A DNA stretch of 64,000 nucleotides from Candidatus Bathyarchaeota archaeon RBG_16_48_13 (GTDB taxonomy: Archaea > Thermoproteota > Bathyarchaeia > RBG-16-48-13): positions 72,041 to 136,040 of the forward strand of contig MEZH01000004.1 in assembly GCA_001775995.1 (NCBI GenBank). Direction: 5' to 3'. Shown in pieces: positions 28,567 to 38,342 of the stretch. The notes beneath the pieces are model-generated. The model did no database searches and was not told the DNA's origin. It saw only the letters and a list, made by a program, of their open reading frames with translations. The position numbers and the translations under genes are program-made. Within the stretch, counting starts at the first letter, position 1. Every line of letters begins with the position of its first letter.

Positions 28567-29951
28567 TCACCATAGCTCTTGAGTGCTCCCATGGCCTTTA
28601 CCGCCCTTTCAGGGATAGGATAGGTCGGGATCCCTCTTTTCTCAAGCTGATTGACAACTTTTGCGGTGTATTCACCGCCAATACAACATAAGACTATCGG
28701 TTTCTTGCTTCTAGAGCAAATATCGTCTAAAACGTCCACAATGTCGGTCGATAGGAGAGGCGCCTGCAAAAGAACATTGACCACGGCTCCATCAATCTCA
28801 TCGTTCTCCAGAAAGGCCTTCTCCAAAGCCACCTTGTATCGCCCGATATCAGTATCACCAGTCACATCTATGGGATTATGGGTTATGCAATGAGATGGGA
28901 AAACCTTCTTCAATTCCTCTTGAATTGTAGGTGAAAGCTCTTGGACTATAAGTCCGGATTTCTCGCAAGCATCAACGGCCATGACGCCGCAACCGCCTCC
29001 GTTAGTGAGGATTAGGACTCGGTTATTCTTCAACGCAGGCTGAGAAGACAGAGCCTTGGCCATGTCGAACATGTCCTCGAAATCGTTAGCTTCAATTATA
29101 CCGCTCTGTTTCATCGCCGCCTCATAAATCTTATAGGTTCCAGCCAGAGAGCCCGTATGAGATTTTGCGGCAGCAGCGCCCCGCATGGTCTTCCCCGCTT
29201 TTATTAGGATTACGGGTTTTGTGGCGGACGCCTTCGCCGCAGCCCTCATGAAATCATGCCCCTCGCCCTCATCTATGCCCTCAATGTAGGCGGCGATGAC
29301 CTTGGTCGATGAGTCACCCGCCAAATATTCTAGAAGATCAGAATCATCAACGTCGCTCATGTTCCCATAGCTGATACATTTGCTCATGCCCATCCCCGCG
29401 TAGGATGCCCAGTCAAGGATGGCTGCCCCGAAAGCGCCACTCTGGGTCATAAAGGTTATAGAACCGGGTTTGGGTCGACCCATCTTCTCAGGCGTAAAGA
29501 AGAAAGTATCCACTTTGGACGTTCCGTCGAATATTCCTATGCAATTTGGTCCTATTATTCTGACTCCGCTCTTCTTTGACATTTCAGTCAGAATTCGCTC
29601 TCGATCAGCACCTTCAGGCCCGATCTCCTTGAAGCCACCGCTAATTATGACAACTGTTTTGACGCCCTTCTCGATGCACTCTCCCATAATATTTGGGACG
29701 ATAGCGGCAGGAACCAGAACAACCGCCAAGTCCACCTCTGAAGGGATATCTTTGACAGTAGGGTAGCAAGGGTGCCCAAACAGCTGCGAATACTTGGGGT
29801 TCACGGCAAAGATCTTTCCAGCAAAACCATTATGAAGGAAATTCTCATAGACTACTGTACCGATCTTGTTATGAATATCTGAGGCCCCAATTATCGCCAC
29901 CGCCTTCGGGTGAAAAAAGGGCTTCAGAGAAGACGATCCAACTCTTCCCAT
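28548..29951 (-). CDS. acdA: ADP-forming acyl-CoA synthetase alpha subunit
   Basis: CoA-binding N-terminus, IIGPNC.G, QSGAFG, phospho-His SHTGSLAG and NPIDVTGD. Confidence 0.94.
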   Translation of the reverse strand: MGRVGSSSLKPFFHPKAVAIIGASDIHNKIGTVVYENFLHNGFAGKIFAVNPKYSQLFGHPCYPTVKDIPSEVDLAVVLVPAAIVPNIMGECIEKGVKTVVIISGGFKEIGPEGADRERILTEMSKKSGVRIIGPNCIGIFDGTSKVDTFFFTPEKMGRPKPGSITFMTQSGAFGAAILDWASYAGMGMSKCISYGNMSDVDDSDLLEYLAGDSSTKVIAAYIEGIDEGEGHDFMRAAAKASATKPVILIKAGKTMRGAAAAKSHTGSLAGTYKIYEAAMKQSGIIEANDFEDMFDMAKALSSQPALKNNRVLILTNGGGCGVMAVDACEKSGLIVQELSPTIQEELKKVFPSHCITHNPIDVTGDTDIGRYKVALEKAFLENDEIDGAVVNVLLQAPLLSTDIVDVLDDICSRSKKPIVLCCIGGEYTAKVVNQLEKRGIPTYPIPERAVKAMGALKSYGDWLKKK

Positions 29952-30103
29952 TAAGATGGCACCGAACACTCGCCAAGATAATGTAGGTAGTATAAGTGTT
30001 TATGGAATCGCGTTGTCAAGATCAAGGCCGAGAGATGCCCACGATCATCTGGAGCATAGACGATATATGACAGGAGCAAGACTTGTTTGGTAGGTGACAT
30101 CCC

Positions 30104-30451
30104 ATGAAGATCATAGCCGGAGGCCGTTTCAAGCTTCCATTCGTAGGGAAAGAAACATATATTGAATTGATGAGGGCGGGACTAGGTTACAATAGGAAAG
30201 ACGGAACATTCTTCCTGAAGGAAACAGAAAATGTAGACACCGCAAAGGTTCTACTTCAAAGAATCCTTAGGGAGGAAGTGGTCTTTGCACAACGCTGCTT
30301 CATTTGCGAATCGCACTTTACGTGTTCTATTTGCGCTTATAAAGAGAAGTGCAGAACACCTGATCTGCCTCTTTGTTGTATCTGTTATCAGTGCAGGACA
30401 AGAACGAATCTATACGATCTCTATCTCGAAAAGAGTAGGAGAATGATTTGA
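30104..30451 (+). CDS. Hypothetical Cys-rich metal-binding protein
   Basis: CFIC-x5-CSIC-x5-C-x7-CCICYQC; divergent from acdA. Confidence 0.7.
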   Translation: MKIIAGGRFKLPFVGKETYIELMRAGLGYNRKDGTFFLKETENVDTAKVLLQRILREEVVFAQRCFICESHFTCSICAYKEKCRTPDLPLCCICYQCRTRTNLYDLYLEKSRRMI

Positions 30452-30496
30452 AGGACTCTTCAGAGATCAATGCTATGACATGTGGAGGATAGAAGG

Positions 30497-31030
30497 TCAG
30501 TTTTCTCTGACATGTTTCACGACGTGCCCGATTTCAGGTATTATAAGTTTTCCCAAGGCAACCTCAACGGCTTGAGTGGAGCCAGGGATGCAGAAAACTA
30601 CCTTGTCTCCTATTGTACCAGCGATGGCCCGAGTTAACATGGCTGCAGAACCAATAGTTGAATAGCTGATCTTTCTCATAAGCTCACCAAAACCGGGCAA
30701 TGTCTTAGCAAACATGGGTTCAATTGTCTCGATGGTCACATCGCTTCGTGTTATGCCGGTTCCGCCGCAAGTAATAATGGCATCCACTTCTTCTGCAGCG
30801 ACAAGAGCCTTCAAGGCGTTGATTATTGAGGATTTGTCATCGGGGATAATTCTCCTGAAACTCACTTTGTGCCCTGCATCCTCAAGGAGCTTCATGGCTG
30901 CGTCACCCGACTGATCTTTGACAGCGACCCCATTGGTCAGTTGTTTCATCCTGGATGTGCTTATGGTCAAGATCGCAAATGTCAGTTTTTTTGGAGCAGA
31001 AGCTCTGTGTTCTTCCACAGTCTTACTCAT
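30497..31030 (-). CDS. moaB: Molybdenum/tungsten cofactor biosynthesis protein MoaB/MogA
   Basis: DQSG, GGTGITRSDVTIE, PGFGE, SAAMLTRA and CIPGS. Confidence 0.93.
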   Translation of the reverse strand: MSKTVEEHRASAPKKLTFAILTISTSRMKQLTNGVAVKDQSGDAAMKLLEDAGHKVSFRRIIPDDKSSIINALKALVAAEEVDAIITCGGTGITRSDVTIETIEPMFAKTLPGFGELMRKISYSTIGSAAMLTRAIAGTIGDKVVFCIPGSTQAVEVALGKLIIPEIGHVVKHVREN

Positions 31031-31159
31031 TGGAATTGCACCTATCTTGATGATAGTGGATCACTAATTTCGCTGCCAAGGGATAATCAATTTGTTCTTT
31101 TTCAAACATCAACCTTCACCCCTGCTTTCACCGGGCATACGAATTCCTTACTTGAGATT

Positions 31160-31675
31160 CTAAGAGTGATTTTTCTTTGAATTGACCTCGTCTTTCTCGT
31201 ACGGCCCAGACAATTGGGAAGGAGAGGGCCCTCCGAGAGTTGATTCTTGAACAGCCTTCTGTCTCATCTTGAGATCGAGTATGGCTTTTATGATTGGGTT
31301 GGGGTTTGCCCTGGCTTCTTTTAGAATATGGAGAAAATCGGATGCCTCCACGAGGGCTTGACGGAGTTGTTCTAGCCCCAAGCGAGAGTTTGTCAACGGC
31401 TCGGTAGTCCTTTGAAACAATATTTCCCTAAAAGTGTTGAGTCTTTGAACCATGGCTTCATAATGGTGATTTATGGTATGAAACCTCTCGGGCTTTAGTG
31501 AAACTGCTTCTTCCCTCAAAGCAACCGCTGACTCCAATAGGACCGCAACCGGTTTCTCAACCCTTTCCCAGACCACGTTTGGAGCCATTCTCTCAAAGAA
31601 GATTCCGCCAGTCAGGTCTATCGCTATTTTTCTCAATAATAGCTCGAAGTCTGTGGAAGCCTTATCCTCAGTCAT
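31160..31675 (-). CDS. Hypothetical all-helical protein
   Basis: 171-aa ORF with protein-like composition, co-oriented downstream of the cdc6 and wHTH genes. Confidence 0.65.
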   Translation of the reverse strand: MTEDKASTDFELLLRKIAIDLTGGIFFERMAPNVVWERVEKPVAVLLESAVALREEAVSLKPERFHTINHHYEAMVQRLNTFREILFQRTTEPLTNSRLGLEQLRQALVEASDFLHILKEARANPNPIIKAILDLKMRQKAVQESTLGGPSPSQLSGPYEKDEVNSKKNHS

Positions 31676-31750
31676 CGGTAATTCCTGGGCATGTCTAAAG
31701 AAGATTATTCTAGATTTATGTGCTTTGTTGCAGGTACCGGAACGGCTACT

Positions 31751-32065
31751 CTAGACGTACTTGATTCTTGTAAAGAAATCTATTAGATGGGGGATGTTGG
31801 GGTTTCTTGAATTCACTCGGTATTTTTTCAAGTCGTTTATCTGGGTGGATTGAACCCATCCTGTTTCAACTAGTTTGCTCAGATGCTCCTCTACGGCCTT
31901 GCCCTTGAGTCCCGTCAAGACGGCGATCTTGTACTTTGTTAGAGACTCTTCTCGAGAAGGATTCTTGATCAAAAACTTTAGGATTCGAAGTCGTGCTTCT
32001 CTGCCGAGTCCTTTTTCTATCAGTTCATCAACTTCAGCATGATTTTCTTTTCTTATACTACGCAT
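31751..32065 (-). CDS. ArsR-like winged-helix protein overlapping cdc6
   Basis: RLRILKFL...LTKYKIAVLTGL...VEEHLSKLVETGWV...KYRVN. Confidence 0.85.
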   Translation of the reverse strand: MRSIRKENHAEVDELIEKGLGREARLRILKFLIKNPSREESLTKYKIAVLTGLKGKAVEEHLSKLVETGWVQSTQINDLKKYRVNSRNPNIPHLIDFFTRIKYV

Positions 32066-33239
32066 TCTTGGCCCTTCTCTCTAGAGTTAAAATCACCCTA
32101 TCGAAATCTTCCATCGTGGCACCAGTTATGGTTATTCCTTTATCCAATCTGTATTCTATGAAACTTCTAAGGCTCAAATCCTGAATGTGATTCCTAAAAG
32201 TTCTATATGAGTCAGGAGAGATGTTTTCCTCCTCACACACGAGAAGATAGTCTTGCCAACACTCCTGGATTGACACATAAGGTCTTTGGCGGGTCTTGAG
32301 AGCTCTGACCGTCGCCTTGAGAACTGGCAATTCTCGGTCGCTAAGCGTCATGAGGTCCTCTGTCCTCATGCCCGGGAAACTATCTTTCGCAACCAACCTG
32401 ACGTATTCTGGGATGATTTTCCTAGAACCTTTGGTGTCGGCAACCAAGCCGCTGTAAAAGAGTATGTCCAAGGCAAACCGGCAATCACCAGGATTCAAAG
32501 ATTTGTTGGCAGCAATATCAGCTATGTATGCGATGGTTTCTTCTGACAAGGCGCCTTCCTTGAAGGCTTCTTCAGCTCTCTTTGTCAAGATGGCATTCAG
32601 TTGCTCGGCTTTGTAGCTTGAGAGTTGCAACTTCAAATCGCCTAGAGTGCTCTTTTCTGATGGGTCTAGGAGGTTGCACCAAGTGAAGTCTCTAGAGATG
32701 AAAATGGCACCCACTACTGGCCCGAATGGACTCAGCATTATTTCATTGATCCTGGTGAGGTCGTATATTACCGAGCCTATGTCTTTCTGCTCCTTCATTC
32801 TTCTAATTAGGTAGTCAATCTCATCTAGAGCTAATATGACGAATAACCCCTCACCATGAAGATAGTTTACAAGTTGAGTTAACATCTCCTCGGGAGAGAG
32901 ACCGCGTGAGAGGAGATCAGGTGAGATTTTCTCCAAAAGCTTCCGATACAAGAGAAAACGGGAACCCGCTTCGAGCTTGCAATTTGTGTAGACAAACTTC
33001 AAGGGGATCTTTAGAGCATTTGCCTCTTTTTCGAATTCTCTTCCAAAGCTCAGGACTGTACAGGTCTTTCCTGAGCCTACCTCACCGTGCATGCGCAGGA
33101 TCTTCTCAGAGGTTCTTCCGGACTTCTCCAAGAAATCCCCGAAGATCCCGTGGAGGAGGCCTATCTGCTCCCTCCTGTAGGGCAAATCTGCAGGTATGTA
33201 TTGTGGAGAAAGTCTCTCCTTGTCGGCAAAGACGGTCAA
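32058..33239 (-). CDS. cdc6: Orc1/Cdc6 family AAA+ ATPase
   Basis: LSPQYIPADLPYRREQI, GEVGSGKT, LDEIDYL, Y.AEQL..IL..RA, GDCRFALDIL and a C-terminal wHTH. Confidence 0.92.
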   Translation of the reverse strand: MTVFADKERLSPQYIPADLPYRREQIGLLHGIFGDFLEKSGRTSEKILRMHGEVGSGKTCTVLSFGREFEKEANALKIPLKFVYTNCKLEAGSRFLLYRKLLEKISPDLLSRGLSPEEMLTQLVNYLHGEGLFVILALDEIDYLIRRMKEQKDIGSVIYDLTRINEIMLSPFGPVVGAIFISRDFTWCNLLDPSEKSTLGDLKLQLSSYKAEQLNAILTKRAEEAFKEGALSEETIAYIADIAANKSLNPGDCRFALDILFYSGLVADTKGSRKIIPEYVRLVAKDSFPGMRTEDLMTLSDRELPVLKATVRALKTRQRPYVSIQECWQDYLLVCEEENISPDSYRTFRNHIQDLSLRSFIEYRLDKGITITGATMEDFDRVILTLERRAKNA

Positions 33240-33274
33240 CTTGAGATTACCACCCGAAATTGTATGATCAGTTC

Positions 33275-34303
33275 TTAGAATTGCCTACTCAAAGCCACCC
33301 ATAGATGGTCAGAGATGGGTCTCGTCAAATCCCTTGCTGAGGAATTGCGTGACACAATCTTTCTTCCTTCAGATTTCTTGACAATCTCACCCACTATGGC
33401 TGCTGGTATGCCTTTCTTTCTTATTCCTTCAAGTATTCTCTCAGCTTTCCTTCTCTGTGCTGTGATCAGAAGGCAACCGGAGCTGATCAGTTGTAGCGGA
33501 TCTATGCCGAAGAGATGGCATATCTTGATTGTTTCTGGAAGGATTAGCAGGGAGTCTTCATGGACTCGGAAGCCGGTCTCGGCCGCATCCGCGACTTCGT
33601 GGAGTCCTCCCGCCAGGCCGCCTTCGGTTGGATCATGCATGGCGGTCACCCCACCGCTTTCCACTGCAGTCATAGCTTCATCCACAATGCTGATCTTCTC
33701 GAAGAAAAGTTCGGCCCTTTTCGCAAAATCGGACCCATATTTCTTGGTGACAACCATACGTCTATCGGAGGCCAGAATGGCTGTACCTTCGATCCCTACA
33801 CCTTTCGTAATGATTATTTCGTCTCCCGGTTTGGCTCCACCAGATGTTACGTATGATCCCCCATCGGTGATGCCGAACATACAGCCAACCACGATGGGAT
33901 GGACTAGAGTCGGTGTAGCCTCGGAGTGACCACCCACTATTGCTATTCTGAGTCCTTTGGCGGCTTTGTCTATCTGAGAACAGATGTTCTCGAGAGCAAA
34001 TCTATCTGAGTTTTCGGGCATAAGGATGGTTGATACGAACCATCTCGGTTTCACTCCACGAACTGCTATATCGTTGGCGCACACTTGAAGCGCCAACCAT
34101 CCGACCTTTTCCACCGCGCCCGTCACCGGATCTGATGAGATTACGAGATACTCCTTGCCCAACTTGATGATGGCGGCATCCTCTCCAACAGCCGGACCCA
34201 TCATTACTTCTGGGAGTTTTGCCCCTAGATGCTTGAGGACAACCTCTCGAAATATCTGAAGAGGTATCTTGCCAAGGGGAAGAGACAAGGTGTTCATATC
34301 CAA
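33275..34303 (-). CDS. AIR synthase/HypE-like PurM-family protein
   Basis: GPAVGEDAA, SSDPVTG, NDIA, GGHSE, MHDPTEGG and DPLQLISSG. Confidence 0.88.
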   Translation of the reverse strand: MDMNTLSLPLGKIPLQIFREVVLKHLGAKLPEVMMGPAVGEDAAIIKLGKEYLVISSDPVTGAVEKVGWLALQVCANDIAVRGVKPRWFVSTILMPENSDRFALENICSQIDKAAKGLRIAIVGGHSEATPTLVHPIVVGCMFGITDGGSYVTSGGAKPGDEIIITKGVGIEGTAILASDRRMVVTKKYGSDFAKRAELFFEKISIVDEAMTAVESGGVTAMHDPTEGGLAGGLHEVADAAETGFRVHEDSLLILPETIKICHLFGIDPLQLISSGCLLITAQRRKAERILEGIRKKGIPAAIVGEIVKKSEGRKIVSRNSSARDLTRPISDHLWVALSRQF

Positions 34304-34555
34304 GTCTGAAATAGAGCATTTAGGCTATAATAAGAATATTTGCCAGTTGCATTATCAGGTCATGGACTTTTGTAGGACGTAAGAGAATGAGAGGTTCTTG
34401 TACAATCAAAGTGGCAACATGATGGCCCCTATTAGAATCAAAGGAACACTTGAAAGCAATAAATCTCTCATAACGCCCCTAAGAGATGCGATCTATTTAA
34501 TACAATGCCGTCAAAAATAATATTTTACACCACCTATAAGCATAGGTAGTTCGAA

Positions 34556-35299
34556 TTGCCCCCACCCAGAGACGAATTGTTATACTTTGTGGGTTGCACC
34601 ACATCCTATCGAAATGATGAAATAGCCAAGGCAACAGTGCAAATCTTGGAGAAAGCTAAGATATCTTTCTCAATCTTGGGGCTCGAAGAGAAGTGCTGCG
34701 GGGTTCCTCTCGCTAGTGCTGGTTTCGACGGTACGTTTGAATCGCTAGCACGTCACAACACTGGGGTCATTGAGGGAAGAAGAACAAACTTGGTACTAAC
34801 TACTTGTCCATCATGTTGCAGGGCGCTGAGAATAGACTATCCAAGGCTTCTAGGAAAGGTCAATTTCAGAACCGTTCACATAAGTGAGTTACTTTTGGAT
34901 TTGATGAATGATGGACGCCTGAAGTTTATACATCCCGGAAATAACCGAACTATTGTCACATACCACGATCCATGCCATCTAGGACTTCATATGGGCATCT
35001 ACGACCAACCCCGAAGGGTTCTGAAGGGTATTCCAGGGATAGTGCTAGTGGAAATGGATCGCATCCGAGAGAGAAGCTATTGCTGTGGATCAGGAAGTGG
35101 CCCCTTGAGGGCGGCATTCCCAGAACTTGCCATGAGCATGAGTGAAGAAAGGGTGAAAGAAGCCAAGGCCACTGGTGCAGAGATTCTGGTCACCAGTTGC
35201 CCGGACTGCCTATTTAATCTGGAACAGGCCTCAAAGCGCATCAGGTCGGGTCTAACTGTCATGGACCTTTGTGTAATGATTGCTAGTCGATTGGCTTAA
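34556..35299 (+). CDS. CCG-domain (HdrD/GlpC/LutA-like) Fe-S protein
   Basis: YFVGC, EKCCG, TTCPSC, YHDPCHL, YCCGSG and TSCPDC. Confidence 0.92.
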   Translation: MPPPRDELLYFVGCTTSYRNDEIAKATVQILEKAKISFSILGLEEKCCGVPLASAGFDGTFESLARHNTGVIEGRRTNLVLTTCPSCCRALRIDYPRLLGKVNFRTVHISELLLDLMNDGRLKFIHPGNNRTIVTYHDPCHLGLHMGIYDQPRRVLKGIPGIVLVEMDRIRERSYCCGSGSGPLRAAFPELAMSMSEERVKEAKATGAEILVTSCPDCLFNLEQASKRIRSGLTVMDLCVMIASRLA

Positions 35300-35314
35300 A
35301 CCGGGGGACTGAAG

Positions 35315-36613
35315 GTGAGTGAAACCTACTTTCAAGAAAAACGAAGAGAGATAAAGAAGAGGGTCCGAGACGAGAGACTGGATGCAATAAGGAAGTCTGA
35401 CAAAGAAGGCTGGAAGCGGAGAACCTCTGTTGAAAAAAGAATAAACCTCATCGAGTTGGCGAGACAGGTCAGAGCCGTCAAAGAAGATTCCTTGAAAAGG
35501 CTAGATGAACTCGTGAAAATAGCGAGGGAAAGCTTAGAGAGAAATGGAATCCAGACGTATTACGCGCGGACTGCAAAAGAAGCGGCCGACATATTTCTCG
35601 AGGTAATAGGGGATGCAAAATTCGTTGCAAAATCAGCAGCTGACGTTCCCAATGAGATAGGTCTCCCCAGAATTCTCGAAAAGAAAGGTATAGAACTACT
35701 CAATACGGATTTCGGATACTTGCTGTGGAACTTCGTTCCCGAGGAATATGGTTCCACAAAGGGTATACCCATGGTGCACATTTCCTTGGAGACCATGGCG
35801 AAGGCCATCTCGAAGAAGACTGGTACTCATGTCAAGCCTGAACGCGAAGACATTCTGAGAAATGTGAAGAAGGTAGCTGAAAGATTCTTGGGAAAAGCAG
35901 AGGTTGGTCTCACGGGCGCCAACGCCATCGCAGCCAATGAGGGTTCCATAGTGTTGATTCATGAGCAGGGCAACATCAACCGGGTCATCAGTCTGCCTCA
36001 ACATGTGGTAATGGCGGGGATCGACAAGGTTGTGCCGACGCTTCTGGACTCAGTAGCTATTGCCGAGCTGACTTCCGTCTATCAGCTTGGTCGACCCCCC
36101 AGTAACATGAACATAGTGAGCGCGCCTACGGAAGATTGGAACATGGAACTCAAGCCGACCAGAGGCATATTTGGCTCCAGAGAGATCCACGTCATAATGG
36201 TCGACAACGGGAGGACAAAGGCGATAGAAAAGGGGTTCGCTGAATGTCTCTACTGCACCAGATGCTTCGCGTGCCACAACGTTTGTCCCGCTCAAGAACG
36301 AGTTCGGAACCTCTTCGGATATAATAATTCGTACATTTCTGGAAGAGGAATAATTCTCTCTGCCTTCGTCGCTGGACTGAAGGAGGCCGTGGAGAGCGGG
36401 CTGTTCCTATGTACCCTGTGCGGTGCATGCAAGGAGGAGTGCCCTATTGACATTGATGTCCCTACAATGATAAGGAGATTAAGAGTGGAGGCAGTATCCA
36501 AGGGTTTGGTTCCAAAAGCGGACACTCAGATGGATAACAACGTGCGAGATACTGGCAATCCCTTCGGCGAGCCCGAGAGGGAGAGGACTCGCTGGATGAA
36601 TGAAAAGAGTTAG
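35315..36613 (+). CDS. LUD-domain Fe-S protein (LutB/LldF-like)
   Basis: GLTGAN, EQGN, AGIDKVVP and two ferredoxin motifs CTRCFACHNVCP and CTLCGACKEECP. Confidence 0.88.
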   Translation: MSETYFQEKRREIKKRVRDERLDAIRKSDKEGWKRRTSVEKRINLIELARQVRAVKEDSLKRLDELVKIARESLERNGIQTYYARTAKEAADIFLEVIGDAKFVAKSAADVPNEIGLPRILEKKGIELLNTDFGYLLWNFVPEEYGSTKGIPMVHISLETMAKAISKKTGTHVKPEREDILRNVKKVAERFLGKAEVGLTGANAIAANEGSIVLIHEQGNINRVISLPQHVVMAGIDKVVPTLLDSVAIAELTSVYQLGRPPSNMNIVSAPTEDWNMELKPTRGIFGSREIHVIMVDNGRTKAIEKGFAECLYCTRCFACHNVCPAQERVRNLFGYNNSYISGRGIILSAFVAGLKEAVESGLFLCTLCGACKEECPIDIDVPTMIRRLRVEAVSKGLVPKADTQMDNNVRDTGNPFGEPERERTRWMNEKS

Positions 36614-36708
36614 AATCACCTATCATCGACCGCAATCACTGGGGTTCAGCTGGAGGAAGATTCTTCTAAGCGTAGCTCATTTCTGTCATTTGAGGAAGGC
36701 ATGTATCG

Positions 36709-37488
36709 TTGGAGCCCTTGGAAGTTCTTCTTAGACCATTCAGGATAGCGGACCTTGATCAAGTGCACGAAATTGAGAGGCATTCCTTCCCAAAGCCCTG
36801 GCCAAAATTCTCTTTTGTGGTCTTTCATTACAAAGAACCCGATGGCTTCCAAGTCGCGACTTCGAATGATCAGATCATAGGCTATGCGATCATGGCGACT
36901 GAAAGGGCTAGAATTGCGCCTCATGAGCGGACGGCGCACCTGGCGAATTTGGCTATTCATACAGATTTCAGACAGAGGGGTATAGGAAGAAGACTTGTGG
37001 AGACCATGATCGCATATGCCAAGAACATGAATGCTCACGAAATCACTCTGGAGGTCAGCATTCATAACGGCGTCGCAAGGGATCTATACTGTAAATTCGG
37101 CTTCGTTGAAAGGAAGACTATTAGGGGATATTATGGGAAGAGAGAAGACGCCATTCTCATGGCCAAGAGGTGCTTAGAGAGGGAAGACAAATATTCCTCA
37201 CCAAATATAGGAGTGCTTATGGCTAAGAAGGAGGATATTCGCGAAAGAGTCGAGACTGTACTCAACGAATTAATTAGACCTAGCCTAAGGGCGGACGGGG
37301 GAGACATTCAAGTCGTAGACGTTAATGAGGATAAGGGTATCGTGAAGTTGAGACTTATGGGCCAATGCACCGGGTGCCCAATGTCCGGGAACACGTTCTA
37401 TAACATGGTCGAGAAGACTCTGAAGGAGAAAATCCCGGAAGTCAAATCTGTGAGACAAGTTTCTTGGGGACAGTATCTGGAAGTGTAG
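36709..37488 (+). CDS. RimI/Ard1-type N-acetyltransferase in frame with a NifU C-terminal (Nfu) domain
   Basis: GNAT: IERHSFPKPW, HLANLAI..DFRQRGIG, YY..REDA.LM. Nfu: IRPSLRADGGDI...GQCTGCPMS. No stop between them; internal GGAG plus ATG at 37219. Confidence 0.85.
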   Translation: MEPLEVLLRPFRIADLDQVHEIERHSFPKPWPKFSFVVFHYKEPDGFQVATSNDQIIGYAIMATERARIAPHERTAHLANLAIHTDFRQRGIGRRLVETMIAYAKNMNAHEITLEVSIHNGVARDLYCKFGFVERKTIRGYYGKREDAILMAKRCLEREDKYSSPNIGVLMAKKEDIRERVETVLNELIRPSLRADGGDIQVVDVNEDKGIVKLRLMGQCTGCPMSGNTFYNMVEKTLKEKIPEVKSVRQVSWGQYLEV

Positions 37489-37686
37489 TTTGAGACATTT
37501 CCAATTTTGGATCCGATTCTCTTGTTTTGTCTCGAGCGATTATGGAGAAACGTCTATAATCCCTTTCAGACTGATATGAGGCGACAAAGGGTAGAATCCA
37601 TCGATCATTCGTTTTCTTGTCTATGCTGTTTCATTTCAATCGATTTTCTTTGTTACAGGCGACAAAAGCGATGGTTTGAATAGCAG

Positions 37687-37812
37687 CTAATGCGGGCGTG
37701 TTCCGCACTCAAGATCTATTTCATCAATTTGATATGTCAAACAGGCCAGACTCATCATCACACACCCAATAAAGAGAAATAACAATACCGATAAAAAGGT
37801 ATTTTTGTCCAT
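37687..37812 (-). CDS. Possible small single-TM protein
   Basis: MDKNTFLSVLLFLFIGCVMMSLACLTYQIDEIDLECGTRPH; fills an otherwise empty gap. Support is weak. Confidence 0.35.
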   Translation of the reverse strand: MDKNTFLSVLLFLFIGCVMMSLACLTYQIDEIDLECGTRPH

Positions 37813-37832
37813 TCTAAGCAGAGCGATACGAT

Positions 37833-38342
37833 GTGAGAAGCTTGGAGAAGAAACTGACAGTTCAGGCAAGGTTTGAAGGATCAGATGTTGTTACATTTGA
37901 AGGTGACGCCGATGAAGTGGCAAAAGCCTTTCTCAAATTCCTTTCCCAAGTGTACCCTTCTTTTGACCTCCTCAGAAGGCTGACTATTACGGTAGATTTG
38001 GAGGATCTTCTGAGAAATGCAGAGGGAGTCTTTGCCTTTTCAGAGAGGGGTCCAATTGTGCTCACGACCAAGTCTAGAATGTCAGATAAGGACGCAGTAT
38101 TGATTCATTTGACGAGACAATACCTGGCCGAGAGATTAGGGAGAAGCCCGAGTTCTTCTATGTTGTTGGAGGAGCTTTCCACAATAGTGGGTAAGAGATC
38201 CAAGACCGTTTCTGCCCGGTTAGCTGAATTGATGTCTTCTTGGTATGTCGAGAAAATTGGTAGAGGGCAGTATGGTATCCTTCCAGCGGGAATAAAATAC
38301 GTGACCTCTGCAATATTACCGGCGTTGAAGGGAGGAAAATGA
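37833..38342 (+). CDS. Hypothetical protein with C-terminal winged helix (paralog A)
   Basis: LEELSTIVGKRSKTVSARLAELMSSWYVEKIGRGQY; aligns along its length with 38339-38842. Confidence 0.85.
   Translation: MRSLEKKLTVQARFEGSDVVTFEGDADEVAKAFLKFLSQVYPSFDLLRRLTITVDLEDLLRNAEGVFAFSERGPIVLTTKSRMSDKDAVLIHLTRQYLAERLGRSPSSSMLLEELSTIVGKRSKTVSARLAELMSSWYVEKIGRGQYGILPAGIKYVTSAILPALKGGK

Noticed and set aside
31080-31200. Frameshifted C-terminal extension of the 31160-31675 ORF
   Set aside because: An alternative frame reads on for a short distance, but without homologues there is no evidence it is coding.
33240-34555. Replication origin near cdc6
   Set aside because: The AT-rich gap at 34304-34555 has no recognisable ORB or mini-ORB repeats by eye and is separated from cdc6 by another gene.
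37150-37221. RimI stop codon created by C-to-U editing
   Set aside because: There is no in-frame CAA, CAG or CGA in the linker, so this junction does not support the editing idea.
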